From positions 1 through 42,089 of the IMG/VR virus record IMGVR_UViG_3300003691_000020: DNA of 42,089 nucleotides. One strand, written 5' to 3'. Of the stretch, positions 17,654 to 26,376 are shown piece by piece. This DNA is from a virus. Numbering within the stretch: the stretch's first letter is position 1; every line of letters begins with the position of its first letter. The translations under genes and the position numbers were made by a program. Under the pieces are notes generated by a model that saw nothing but the letters and a program-made list of their open reading frames with translations, made no database searches and had not been told where the DNA came from.

Positions 17654-19830
17654 TGGCAAACAGAGTACAGCTATCACCTGAATATTTTCCGAATCCGGTT
17701 ATTGGTAGGCCGCTATCTAATGCTGATATATATGTGGGTGTTATTGATCTTGACCCTAAAATTGAAGCGAACCAGAAACAGATAAGCGTGTTACAGGAAG
17801 ACGGGACAACGGTTGATGTTTCTCAACCAGTATCAACAAATGGCGGTGGCGTTCCTGTTTATAATGGTGAGTATGTAACCATTCTTGTTGACGGGTCTTA
17901 CTCACTAAGAGTTGATGATAAAAACGGGGCTCAAATATATTATATACCTAAAAACTCTGAAATTGAGTCTTTAGGATCAGTTGACAACATAGACGATTTA
18001 AGAGCCATAACAGACGAACCTGCTGACGGTGATGTATTGCCTGTCCTGGGATATTACACTCCTGGCGATGGAGGCGGTGGCCGATTTTACTGGGACTCAA
18101 CAAGCGTGGACGCAGATAACAACGGAACAATATTTAAATTGTCAACTATCGCGACAGGCCGGTTTATAAGGCTTGTTGATGATGTCCAGATAGTTAATGT
18201 GCTATGGTTTGGAGCTTATAGGGACAAAACAGAGGGGTTGAAAACAATAATAGCAATAACAGGTGCTGTAGACTATGCGGCATCGCTTGTTACCACCTAT
18301 GCAGCACTACCCGCAGGTATAGGGACAGGATCGCAATTTACAATATTTTTCCCTTCCGGGAATTATTTAATAGATTCAACAATAAATACAACTAACTATA
18401 TACGGATTAAGGGCCAGGGCAGTGTGATAACTGCCTCGGCTGATTCTTTCGATATATTGACAGGACTTAAATATAATACAGAAATAAGCGGTATAACTTT
18501 CGCCCAGGGAAGAGCCGCTGCGTATATTATAACATCTAACGCTGACTCTGCGAAAATTGATTTTATAGATTGCGAATTTCATGAGCAACTAACAAACGTT
18601 ATTTATGATGATACTTTGTCAGCAAGCACATACCTTAACATAACACGTTGCAAAGTTTATAACACAAGAGCTGCAAAGGTTTTGGATATAGGGTCAAATA
18701 AGGCCAGCTTGGTAGATTCGTGGATTAGCGCTTCCGGTTCGCCAGTTTTTAAAATATCTTCGACATGCTCATTACACTTAGAACGTGTTTTACTTGTTCC
18801 GATCGGGGCAGGTGTTAAAATATGGGCTGAAAACTATGGCTTTTTTTCTGCAAACAATTGCAGGTTTGGTGGAGAAAGCGCAGCTACAATTGTCGTCAAT
18901 GAAGGGACTATAGACGATTCAGCACTATTCAGGGGCGTAAGTATAAATGATTGTGAAGTTTTTTCTGCTGGTGTTGCCGCAGTTCTTTTTGAAGAGATCC
19001 CAAATATTTTTATTTGGCATAATAATAGAGGTATGGTTGACTCAACAGGGTTCGAGTTTAGTGCAGGAATAACAGATAGCGCTAATATAAAAAGTACGCT
19101 TTGTTCTTATTCTATAGATAGCATGCAACTAAGTACGCAATTTATATCTGGGCTTGTAACAGCCGCGAACAAAGTTAATTTTCTTAAAAAAGAAGCAATA
19201 CACGGCTCAAAAAACATTATTGATACAGACAAGGTTTTGCAGATTAGGTCAAATGATAACGTGCAACACGGCTATACAGGGTCAATTACAAATATAACAG
19301 CCGGAACAACAACAAATATTTTCGGTTCACCTGCGAGAAGCTTTGTGGGAACGACTGCGACGCATAACGGTAGTTTCTTTGAACTATGGGTAACTGCGTT
19401 TAATGGTTTGTCGTCTGGTGTTTATACTGTTGTTTATGATATTGAGGTTGACGGAGTGTTACCAGCTCAATGCATAGTAAACTCCGGTGACAATGAAACA
19501 TCTTTATTGTTAAGCACAGGGAAGCATGTTGTTTCAATCCCAACATATTTTATTGTCGGTGAGGGCGAGACTGTAGGTTATTCTGCTTCCAATATAAACA
19601 ATTCACAATCAATTATATTTTCTAATATTAGAATATTTTCCGGGGAAGTGGAGGTTGATACGCAAAATAATAATATGTTCGGTGCAGGGACTGCCCCCGC
19701 TACTCTTCTATGGGAGGTTGGTGATGTTATAAGAAAGGCTGCGCCAACAGCAGGAACCGCACAAGGTATAATTTGCACCACTGCTGGATTGGCCGGTGCT
19801 GCGGTCTGGACTGCATTACCAAATATTTAG
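17653..19830 (+). CDS. Tailspike: P22 gp9-like head-binding N-domain plus beta-helix receptor-binding/depolymerase domain
   Basis: The N-terminus DIYVGVIDLDPKIEANQKQISVLQEDGTTVDVSQPVSTNGGGVPVYNGEYVTI..DDKNGAQIYYI aligns with P22 gp9 [63 protein letters not shown]. It is followed by GYYTPGDGGGGRFYWDS, a pectate-lyase-3-type motif. Confidence 0.9.
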   Translation: MANRVQLSPEYFPNPVIGRPLSNADIYVGVIDLDPKIEANQKQISVLQEDGTTVDVSQPVSTNGGGVPVYNGEYVTILVDGSYSLRVDDKNGAQIYYIPKNSEIESLGSVDNIDDLRAITDEPADGDVLPVLGYYTPGDGGGGRFYWDSTSVDADNNGTIFKLSTIATGRFIRLVDDVQIVNVLWFGAYRDKTEGLKTIIAITGAVDYAASLVTTYAALPAGIGTGSQFTIFFPSGNYLIDSTINTTNYIRIKGQGSVITASADSFDILTGLKYNTEISGITFAQGRAAAYIITSNADSAKIDFIDCEFHEQLTNVIYDDTLSASTYLNITRCKVYNTRAAKVLDIGSNKASLVDSWISASGSPVFKISSTCSLHLERVLLVPIGAGVKIWAENYGFFSANNCRFGGESAATIVVNEGTIDDSALFRGVSINDCEVFSAGVAAVLFEEIPNIFIWHNNRGMVDSTGFEFSAGITDSANIKSTLCSYSIDSMQLSTQFISGLVTAANKVNFLKKEAIHGSKNIIDTDKVLQIRSNDNVQHGYTGSITNITAGTTTNIFGSPARSFVGTTATHNGSFFELWVTAFNGLSSGVYTVVYDIEVDGVLPAQCIVNSGDNETSLLLSTGKHVVSIPTYFIVGEGETVGYSASNINNSQSIIFSNIRIFSGEVEVDTQNNNMFGAGTAPATLLWEVGDVIRKAAPTAGTAQGIICTTAGLAGAAVWTALPNI

Positions 19831-19836
19831 ATTTAC

Positions 19837-19864
19837 AGCCCGGCTTTTAAACCGGGCTTGTTTC
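19837..19864. terminator. Bidirectional terminator between convergent tailspike and lysin genes
   Basis: AGCCCGG-cttttaaa-CCGGGCT followed by TGTTT. A-rich on the other side. Confidence 0.6.
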
Positions 19865-20771
19865 ACATTATCCGATATCCCAAAACTCTATCTTTACGAT
19901 AACCTGATATGTTTACCTCGTTTCCTTGATTACCACCAAGGCACATAACCTGCTCACCGTCCATACTTACGAAGAATCCTACATGACCCTGCCAAGGCTC
20001 TTTCCCTCGCTTAAAAACAACAACGCAACCCTCAATAGGATCTTGTAATACTTCGCCCCATGAAAGCCAAGATTGGGCGTTTGCCTTATTTGTATTCTCA
20101 AAACCGGCAGTCTTCACACACCAGTTAACGAAAGCGGAACACCATGCTATTTCATCGGATTGAGCGTTCAGGCTTGTTGCTGTATGATATTTTAATACTT
20201 CTGGATTCGCCTTCTCTCCAGAAACCTCTTTTGTATTCTTGTCCATTTCAGCCCTGGCAAGTAGATACCAAAGCGGAAGTTCTTTTTTGACCGGTTCAGG
20301 AAGTTCAAGCGTTGGTTTATTATCAAGCTCTGCTAATCTCCGCTGTGTTTCTGCAAAGTCTCCTTTTGACATTGACATTCGTTCATGCTTTTTCTGGAAA
20401 TGCCTTGAACCAAAATAGAACGCGATAATTGAGCCAAGAATATACCACATATTTCCTGGTACAGTCTCAAGTGAAATATTAATTTTCTGAAATTCAACCT
20501 GGCTAAAATATGACATCATAAAATAAACAAGCACCAATATAACCATAACCGGCCTTGGCATCCTGTTTAATCCATCCCAGAGAGAATCCCATGATGTCCT
20601 GTTATTTCTGTTATTAAATTCAGAAGAAAAAGCCTGTTGTGTTGACATGAATTTGTCGTGACCTTGCTGATCACGTTCAGCCTTTGAACCTTTGAAAACT
20701 TTAGCCACGCCTGTTACGGCTCCACCACCGGCTTTAATTAATCCGGTTATTGCTGTTATTGGGTTTATCAT
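19863..20771 (-). CDS. Fusion protein: N-terminal GTA-type 3TM holin-like domain plus C-terminal TIGR02594/CHAP-NlpC-P60-like peptidoglycan hydrolase
   Basis: 302 aa with SD AGGAGG. N-terminal part: WDSLWDGLNRMPRPVMVILVLVYFMMSYF and GNMWYILGSIIAFYFG hydrophobic helices. C-terminal part: PLWYLLARAEM..EVSG..ANPEVLKY..DEIAWCSAFVNWCVKTAG..GHVGFF..LGGNQGNEV..VLGYR. Confidence 0.85.
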   Translation of the reverse strand: MINPITAITGLIKAGGGAVTGVAKVFKGSKAERDQQGHDKFMSTQQAFSSEFNNRNNRTSWDSLWDGLNRMPRPVMVILVLVYFMMSYFSQVEFQKINISLETVPGNMWYILGSIIAFYFGSRHFQKKHERMSMSKGDFAETQRRLAELDNKPTLELPEPVKKELPLWYLLARAEMDKNTKEVSGEKANPEVLKYHTATSLNAQSDEIAWCSAFVNWCVKTAGFENTNKANAQSWLSWGEVLQDPIEGCVVVFKRGKEPWQGHVGFFVSMDGEQVMCLGGNQGNEVNISGYRKDRVLGYRIM

Positions 20772-20793
20772 AATACCTCCTAAGGTCTATTTA

Positions 20794-20958
20794 TTACCAT
20801 TTTACAATTTTATAGTTCTGCGACTGTAGCCATCTGTGGAAATCATAAGCAGTTCTTTTGCATCCTTCAGGTGTGCATACACTTTCTTTACCTATTTCAG
20901 TGCTGTAATAAACACATCCTACTTTTTCACAATATTCATTGCTTTTATACTTTCCCAT
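20794..20958 (-). CDS. Small Cys-rich protein (54 aa)
   Basis: Not in the ORF track. SD GGAGGGA. Sequence: MGKYKSNEYCEKVGCVYYSTEIGKESVCTPEGCKRTAYDFHRWLQSQNYKIVKW. Confidence 0.45.
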   Translation of the reverse strand: MGKYKSNEYCEKVGCVYYSTEIGKESVCTPEGCKRTAYDFHRWLQSQNYKIVKW

Positions 20959-21021
20959 TCATCCCTCCGTGTGTTTATTCAATTAAATATCTTTTGGGTT
21001 TGATTTGTTCCACGGTTTAAA

Positions 21022-21297
21022 TTATTTAATTTCTTCCCATGCGCCGAATTCCATATTTGGAACATTCAAAATTTCTTCTGTATCTGGATGCATAAATACT
21101 AAAACAGGAAGTGGAAGGTTTTTAAGCATATCGACGTAAACAAGCCCCATATCAGTACAGATATAATAATCTTCTTTTTCTTCAATCAAGCCAAGATGTA
21201 AGAATCTCCCAATCGTTGCATCACGTACTTCTGACAGGTTGTATGGTAAGGGGGTTGTAAAGCAATGCAATAAAAAATTTATTTCAAATGGTGTCAT
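21022..21297 (-). CDS. Hypothetical protein
   Basis: 91-aa ORF, co-directional and tightly packed after the DUF1064 gene. Confidence 0.7.
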   Translation of the reverse strand: MTPFEINFLLHCFTTPLPYNLSEVRDATIGRFLHLGLIEEKEDYYICTDMGLVYVDMLKNLPLPVLVFMHPDTEEILNVPNMEFGAWEEIK

Positions 21298-21299
21298 TT

Positions 21300-21767
21300 T
21301 TACCCTCTCCTTATTCCGTAAACATATTGTTTTAACTTCTTTTTATTCCTGTTCTCTCGTCTTATTTTTAACAATTCGAAATAATCAATCCATCCAGTTT
21401 CGCTGTATTTTTTTGACTTTACCACCCATCGAAGTTCCAACCCTGCATATCTCTTTAAGAACATTTTTCTTTTTAATAATGCAACAGGTGTCGATTTTCC
21501 TTTTACATCAATAATAAGAGCACAATTATTTTTATAAACTCTAAAGTCTGCTTTATAGACGATAGCCCTTATCGACCCTGACATTTTATGGCAAAACTTT
21601 TCTTGTAGTGTATATGTAGGTTGCAACTCAAAACTATCTATTTTTCCAAGTTTAACGCATTCTTTTAAGTATAAATAATAATCACCCTCAGCAATAGAAT
21701 CAAACTTAATACCGTCAATCTCAATCTTCTTTGCTTTATATTTGTTTGGTTTATCTATCTTAGCCAT
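21300..21767 (-). CDS. DUF1064 family protein (PD-(D/E)XK-type nuclease fold)
   Basis: KYKAKKIEIDGIKFDSIAEGDYY..LQPTYTL..YKADFRVY..IIDVKGKSTPVALLKRKMF matches the DUF1064 pattern. SD AAGGAG. Confidence 0.85.
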   Translation of the reverse strand: MAKIDKPNKYKAKKIEIDGIKFDSIAEGDYYLYLKECVKLGKIDSFELQPTYTLQEKFCHKMSGSIRAIVYKADFRVYKNNCALIIDVKGKSTPVALLKRKMFLKRYAGLELRWVVKSKKYSETGWIDYFELLKIRRENRNKKKLKQYVYGIRRG

Positions 21768-21811
21768 TACCGCTCCTTATCATATCCTTGTGTTATTCGT
21801 GGGTGAAATAA

Positions 21812-21892
21812 TTATATTCTGCCACATTTTGTACAATTCCAACGGCCTCAAACCCAAACATTACCGCAATATTTACATTGTTTTTGCTTCAT
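21812..21892 (-). pseudogene. Mini zinc-ribbon ORF interrupted by in-frame TGA (21848..21850)
   Basis: Minus strand reads MKQKQCKYCGNVWV*GRWNCTKCGRI*. SD-like GAAAGG upstream. Confidence 0.4.
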
Positions 21893-22035
21893 GTTTAACC
21901 TTTCAGTTAACAATAAGTTATCGGAATTTACTTTACTGTTATATCAACAGTTTTAGATGTTTCCGTTTGCCCAACTTTACAGCCGCACCAGCCTCAACAT
22001 GTTTAAAAGCAATATCTCTAAGCCTTTGTATTTCT

Positions 22036-22443
22036 TCATAAGCTCGCCCGCCTTCCAACTTTATTTTTAATATTCCTGACAGTTTGACGGCTTATTCCGT
22101 GGCGTTTAGCAGTTTTCGCCTGAGTGTCCTTACTCTCACGAATATCAATAATTGCCTCTGCCGAAAGATTACAATAGTTGTTTACGCCTCCTGGGCCGGT
22201 TCGCTTAATACCCATCCGATTAAGAGCAACATAAACACCGTCAACAGACATTTCTAAAAATTCGGCTATTTTAGGTACTTTTATGCCGGTGGAATATAAA
22301 TTAATAATAAACTGGCTTATAAACTTATAGTTTGAGCCATATTTTTTATTATACTCCTGTATTCTTGCATGTCTAAAATTTGAATACCAAAAGCTCTTGT
22401 CGAGTTTTTCATACTCTGATGGTTTTAATATTTTACCGCTCAT
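22036..22443 (-). CDS. DNA-binding protein with two HTH motifs (Hin/sigma-region-4-like)
   Basis: 135 aa. Contains VPKIAEFLEMSVDGVYVALNRMG and TAKRHGISRQTVRNIKNK. SD GGAGGA. Confidence 0.75.
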   Translation of the reverse strand: MSGKILKPSEYEKLDKSFWYSNFRHARIQEYNKKYGSNYKFISQFIINLYSTGIKVPKIAEFLEMSVDGVYVALNRMGIKRTGPGGVNNYCNLSAEAIIDIRESKDTQAKTAKRHGISRQTVRNIKNKVGRRASL

Positions 22444-22551
22444 AAAGTCCTCCGTTCCTTAGTCTTCAAAACTATTTTGTTGTGAAAACTTCATAATTAA
22501 CATCATCAGGTTTTACAATATTGTATGTATCGCCTTGGATTACATTCATAA

Positions 22552-22824
22552 TTAAACCTTTGCCGGTTTCAAAGTGTGGGCCTGCATCTGCACAAACATT
22601 ACCAAATACTCCCTGTTGACCTCGTGTAAAAGGCAATTTTCATGAAGACAACAAATTGTGAAGCCGTTTGAAAATGACCTGCAGGACTTGTTGCATATCT
22701 TGTTGCCAAGTACGTCCAATGCCTCAAAATCATCAACTTCAGGAATATCGAACTTGCGATAATCATCTATTAATTCCCCGTTGATTATCATGTTTGGCAT
22801 TATTGGTATTTCTATTTGTAACAT
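22552..22824 (-). CDS. Hypothetical Cys-containing protein
   Basis: 90-aa ORF whose start abuts the upstream stop. Confidence 0.65.
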   Translation of the reverse strand: MLQIEIPIMPNMIINGELIDDYRKFDIPEVDDFEALDVLGNKICNKSCRSFSNGFTICCLHENCLLHEVNREYLVMFVQMQAHTLKPAKV

Positions 22825-23079
22825 TTAATCCTCCCCCCAGAAGTCATCTTTCAACAACTTCCATTTCATTACCCAATTTTTTTTATTCATAAGACTATTA
22901 GTTTTATAGTTGTACAGTGGAAATCCTGCAATTTGTAAAACTTCAAAATCTCTATAAACAGTCCGCTCTGAGCAATCAGAACCTATATGGTTAATTACCT
23001 TTTGGACAGTCTTACCTGTCTTCGAACTCATGAGAAACCGAATAATTTTCCACTGTCTTATTGTTTGATCACCTCTCAT
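22825..23079 (-). CDS. Winged-HTH protein (HTH_11/DeoR-N type, like the N-domain of WYL regulators, but with no WYL domain)
   Basis: IRQWKIIRFLMSSKTGKTVQKVINHIGSDCSERTVYRDFEVLQIAGFPLY. Confidence 0.7.
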   Translation of the reverse strand: MRGDQTIRQWKIIRFLMSSKTGKTVQKVINHIGSDCSERTVYRDFEVLQIAGFPLYNYKTNSLMNKKNWVMKWKLLKDDFWGED

Positions 23080-23147
23080 AATTTACTCAACCCCCTTATT
23101 AATGATGAAGCTTGACAATCTCTATAGCTCTATTAATACGCTTTTGC

Positions 23148-23870
23148 TTAATTTCTTCGATGACTTCCCCAGTCAAAAATAAAAACAGCGCCATGGTTCT
23201 CATAAATCCTGTCAATAGTTCTGGCACCGATATTTGTTGTAAGTTCATCTTCGCTTAAGTTTGAAATAATTATCGTGGGTTTGATTTCTTCGTACCGGCT
23301 GTCAAGAATTTGGTAAGTAAGTGCTGATTCTGTTTCTGTTAAAGTTTTCAAACCGACTTCATCAAGGATCAGCAGGTCAAATTCAACGAGTCGTCTTATT
23401 ATTTCAGTTTCTGTTTCTGTTGATTTCTTACCGTAAGTGCTTTTAATCTGGTTCATCAAATCGTAAAGCCGTTTGTATTGAACGCTGTAACCGGTATTAT
23501 GAACAGTAATACCAACCGAAATTGCAAGATGTGTTTTCCCGTTGCCAGGGCTACCAAGAAACGCCATACAAGAACCCTGCTTTCTTACTTCAGCGAAGTT
23601 GTCAGCATATTTTTTTATACGTCTGAACGTTTCACCTTGCCCGTCATTAACTTTGTAATTAGAGAAACTGCTGTTCAACTGTCTCTTTCTTAGCCATGTA
23701 ATTGCCGTTTGTTCTTCAAGACGGCGCTTAGACTCTTGTTCTTCATAACAGATAGGGCACTGTGTCCATCTTACTGTTTCAAGAACCATTATTCCTCTTG
23801 ATATAAATTCGCCATGGCTAGAACACTGGGTTTTTCTTTCCATCGGTGGAGCTTTTTTTGTAATATCCAT
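23148..23870 (-). CDS. DnaC/IstB-like AAA+ helicase loader with an N-terminal zinc-ribbon-like motif
   Basis: Walker A FLGSPGNGKTHLA, Walker B LLILDEVG, N-terminal C..H...CPIC. The start could be 23870 or 23843. Confidence 0.85.
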   Translation of the reverse strand: MDITKKAPPMERKTQCSSHGEFISRGIMVLETVRWTQCPICYEEQESKRRLEEQTAITWLRKRQLNSSFSNYKVNDGQGETFRRIKKYADNFAEVRKQGSCMAFLGSPGNGKTHLAISVGITVHNTGYSVQYKRLYDLMNQIKSTYGKKSTETETEIIRRLVEFDLLILDEVGLKTLTETESALTYQILDSRYEEIKPTIIISNLSEDELTTNIGARTIDRIYENHGAVFIFDWGSHRRN

Positions 23871-24621
23871 CTGACATATAATCCTTTTTTGAATTTACTT
23901 GTTTTTGGTTATCAAAATATCTCAATTCTGGTGACTTCCAGTTTTTTTCCATTGCATACTCAAGAGAGTCGTTTACATTTAAGCCAGCCTTTGACAATTC
24001 AAGTATATTTCTGATTAATCCGTTGATACCTTTTTCAGTTTGATACTGGTGTGTTTTTTTCATTGCCATTCGATAATTGTAGAATTCAATTATTTTAGGT
24101 TCGAATGAAGAAAGATTTTTTTCTGTTATTTTTAAAAGCAGATGTTTCCGGAACGGATCAGGTGTGTTTTTCTTATCATTCTTTACATTGTTTTCATTCT
24201 TAACATTCTTGTTTGTGGTGTTTGGTTGGTGTTTGGTTGGTGTTTGGTTGGTGTTTGGTTGGTGCTTGGGGTGGTGATCGTCTTCGCCTAAATCTTGATA
24301 AGTATCCCAATTAACTATTGATACCAGCGTATAATGGGTGGTGCTTTTCATGGTGATATTTTCGAGCTTTTTTAATTTATTCATGCGTGACCTGACTGTT
24401 TCCGGTTTCATTTTTAATTTCTTAGCAGCTGTTTTGCGACCATAAATAAATTGCCCTGGGTGAACCTCAACCTCACTATCACCCCGACCTGTTTTGATTG
24501 ATACCCAGTTTTTTTTATGGTTAGCTTTTAATAGACACCACATCCAAACTTTAAATAAACCATCATTCGAGAAACACCGACTATCTATTGTTTTTCTATG
24601 AAGTTTTATCCAGCCATCCAT
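23818..24621 (-). CDS. Replication initiator (winged-helix N-domain plus DnaD/phage-replisome-organiser-like C-domain)
   Basis: N-terminus MDGWIKLHRKTIDSRCF..GQFIYGRKTAAKKLKM..VRSRMNKLKKLENI. The linker HQPNTNQTPTKHQPNTT is encoded by the tandem repeats. A C-terminal helical domain follows. Confidence 0.85.
   Translation of the reverse strand: MDGWIKLHRKTIDSRCFSNDGLFKVWMWCLLKANHKKNWVSIKTGRGDSEVEVHPGQFIYGRKTAAKKLKMKPETVRSRMNKLKKLENITMKSTTHYTLVSIVNWDTYQDLGEDDHHPKHQPNTNQTPTKHQPNTTNKNVKNENNVKNDKKNTPDPFRKHLLLKITEKNLSSFEPKIIEFYNYRMAMKKTHQYQTEKGINGLIRNILELSKAGLNVNDSLEYAMEKNWKSPELRYFDNQKQVNSKKDYMSDGYYKKSSTDGKKNPVF
24211..24272. repeat. Tandem 11-bp iterons (GTGTTTGGTTG x4 perfect plus degenerate flanks); putative replication origin inside the initiator gene
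   Basis: Units at 24218-28, 24229-39, 24240-50 and 24251-61 are identical. A degenerate copy lies at 24262-72. The adjacent AT-rich tract 24170..24210 carries CATTCTT x3. Confidence 0.7.
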
Positions 24622-24623
24622 AA

Positions 24624-24818
24624 TTAAATCTCTTCTGTTGGGTTGATAAGGGCTTTTTCGTCAAAACCAAGATCAAGAAGGGCTTTAAAATATTTGGGTG
24701 TCATAACCTTTTTGCCATTTTCCCAAGTGCTCACAGTACTGACATTTACCTTAACCTTATCTGCTAACTGCTGAATCGTTAGCCCCATCTTATGACGTTG
24801 TAGTTCAAATCGTTTCAT
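24624..24818 (-). CDS. Cro/XRE-family HTH regulator
   Basis: 64 aa. GLTIQQLADKVKVNVSTVSTWENGKK. Confidence 0.8.
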   Translation of the reverse strand: MKRFELQRHKMGLTIQQLADKVKVNVSTVSTWENGKKVMTPKYFKALLDLGFDEKALINPTEEI

Positions 24819-24838
24819 ACTACCTCCATGCTGGTAAA

Positions 24839-25060
24839 TTAAATAAAGTTAAGGGCAAAAGCCATTAAGCCTCGCTTTCTATTCCCACCATTTATTTTAG
24901 TTAATTTATAAAGAAGACTCTTATTTGCGAATTCATCAACAGGAGCGGTTTTCCCGTTAATGCGAAGTATCAATCCTGACGTGTGAATCCTTACCCCTTT
25001 TTCATGTTCCCACACAGGACCTTTTAATTGTTTCCACCCTGCTCCTGGTTTTAATACCAT
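24839..25060 (-). CDS. Hypothetical protein, first gene of the leftward operon
   Basis: I prefer the ATG at 25060 (SD AAAGGAG) over the TTG at 25078 used by the track. 73 aa. Confidence 0.65.
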   Translation of the reverse strand: MVLKPGAGWKQLKGPVWEHEKGVRIHTSGLILRINGKTAPVDEFANKSLLYKLTKINGGNRKRGLMAFALNFI

Positions 25061-25094
25061 ACTTTCTCCTTTTAACAATTTATGTTTTTCCTTA

Positions 25095-25123
25095 GTTGTA
25101 ATTTAAATTTTGCAGAGTGTCAA
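25095..25123 (-). promoter_or_regulatory. Leftward sigma70-like promoter (TTGACA-17-TACAAC)
   Basis: The -35 is the reverse complement of 25118..25123 and the -10 is the reverse complement of 25095..25100, about 30 nt upstream of the first leftward gene. Confidence 0.45.
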
Positions 25124-25137
25124 GTTTTTTCTTGACA
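25118..25137. promoter_or_regulatory. Perfect palindrome TGTCAAG-TTTTTT-CTTGACA overlapping both -35 boxes (candidate operator)
   Basis: 7-bp arms read directly. Each arm contains a TTGACA on one strand. Confidence 0.6.
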
Positions 25138-25160
25138 ATGTCTTTGTAACGGCTTAAAGT
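25132..25160 (+). promoter_or_regulatory. Rightward sigma70-like early promoter (TTGACA-17-TAAAGT)
   Basis: -35 at 25132..25137 and -10 at 25155..25160, about 70 nt upstream of the first rightward gene. Confidence 0.6.
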
Positions 25161-25228
25161 AGATTACAAAATGCCGGTACCGACCGCACACAATTTAAAA
25201 CGCACACAATTTTAAAAGGAGCTGCAGT

Positions 25229-25420
25229 ATGGCGCAAGTATCTATAAGAACACATCCAGTTTCAACAGTTGGAGAGCTCAAAGAGTTTTTAGAAGACCTT
25301 GATGATGAAATGGAACTTGATGACATAAACACGGCAGATATTTTCCAAGAGGCTGAAATTGTCGGAGACAGGTTTATGCCTCTTAAAAATGGTTTACAAA
25401 CACTTACTCTTTCAGAATAA
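25229..25420 (+). CDS. Small very acidic protein, first rightward early gene
   Basis: 63 aa, about 15 D/E versus 4 K/R. SD AAAGGAG. Confidence 0.75.
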   Translation: MAQVSIRTHPVSTVGELKEFLEDLDDEMELDDINTADIFQEAEIVGDRFMPLKNGLQTLTLSE

Positions 25421-25431
25421 GGAGCTGCAAC

Positions 25432-26241
<810 letters not shown>

Positions 26242-26376
26242 AGGATTATAGCCATGGACGACAACCAAGAGCTAAGAGCAAAATTAAAAGAACAATACCG
26301 CAAAGGTAATTTTGTATTTTTTTAATTAACGGAACTCGACGGTAACTGCGGAAGTTAAACTTAACAAGGAAAGATT

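Noticed and set aside
21893-22100. A +1-frame extension or hidden ORF reading ...EEIQRLRDIAFKHVEAGAAVKLGKRKHLKLLI downstream of, and overlapping, the 22036..22443 gene (possible programmed frameshift)
   Set aside because: The open frame has no ATG, GTG or convincing SD, and no slippery sequence at the junction. The plus-strand 99-aa ORF (21742..22041) over the same DNA likewise looks like chance openness.
24624-25228. Lambdoid immunity region (CI/Cro switch), and hence a temperate lifestyle
   Set aside because: Only one small Cro-like HTH is present. I saw no CI-like repressor with a peptidase S24 domain, no integrase or excisionase, and only a single palindromic site rather than tripartite operators.
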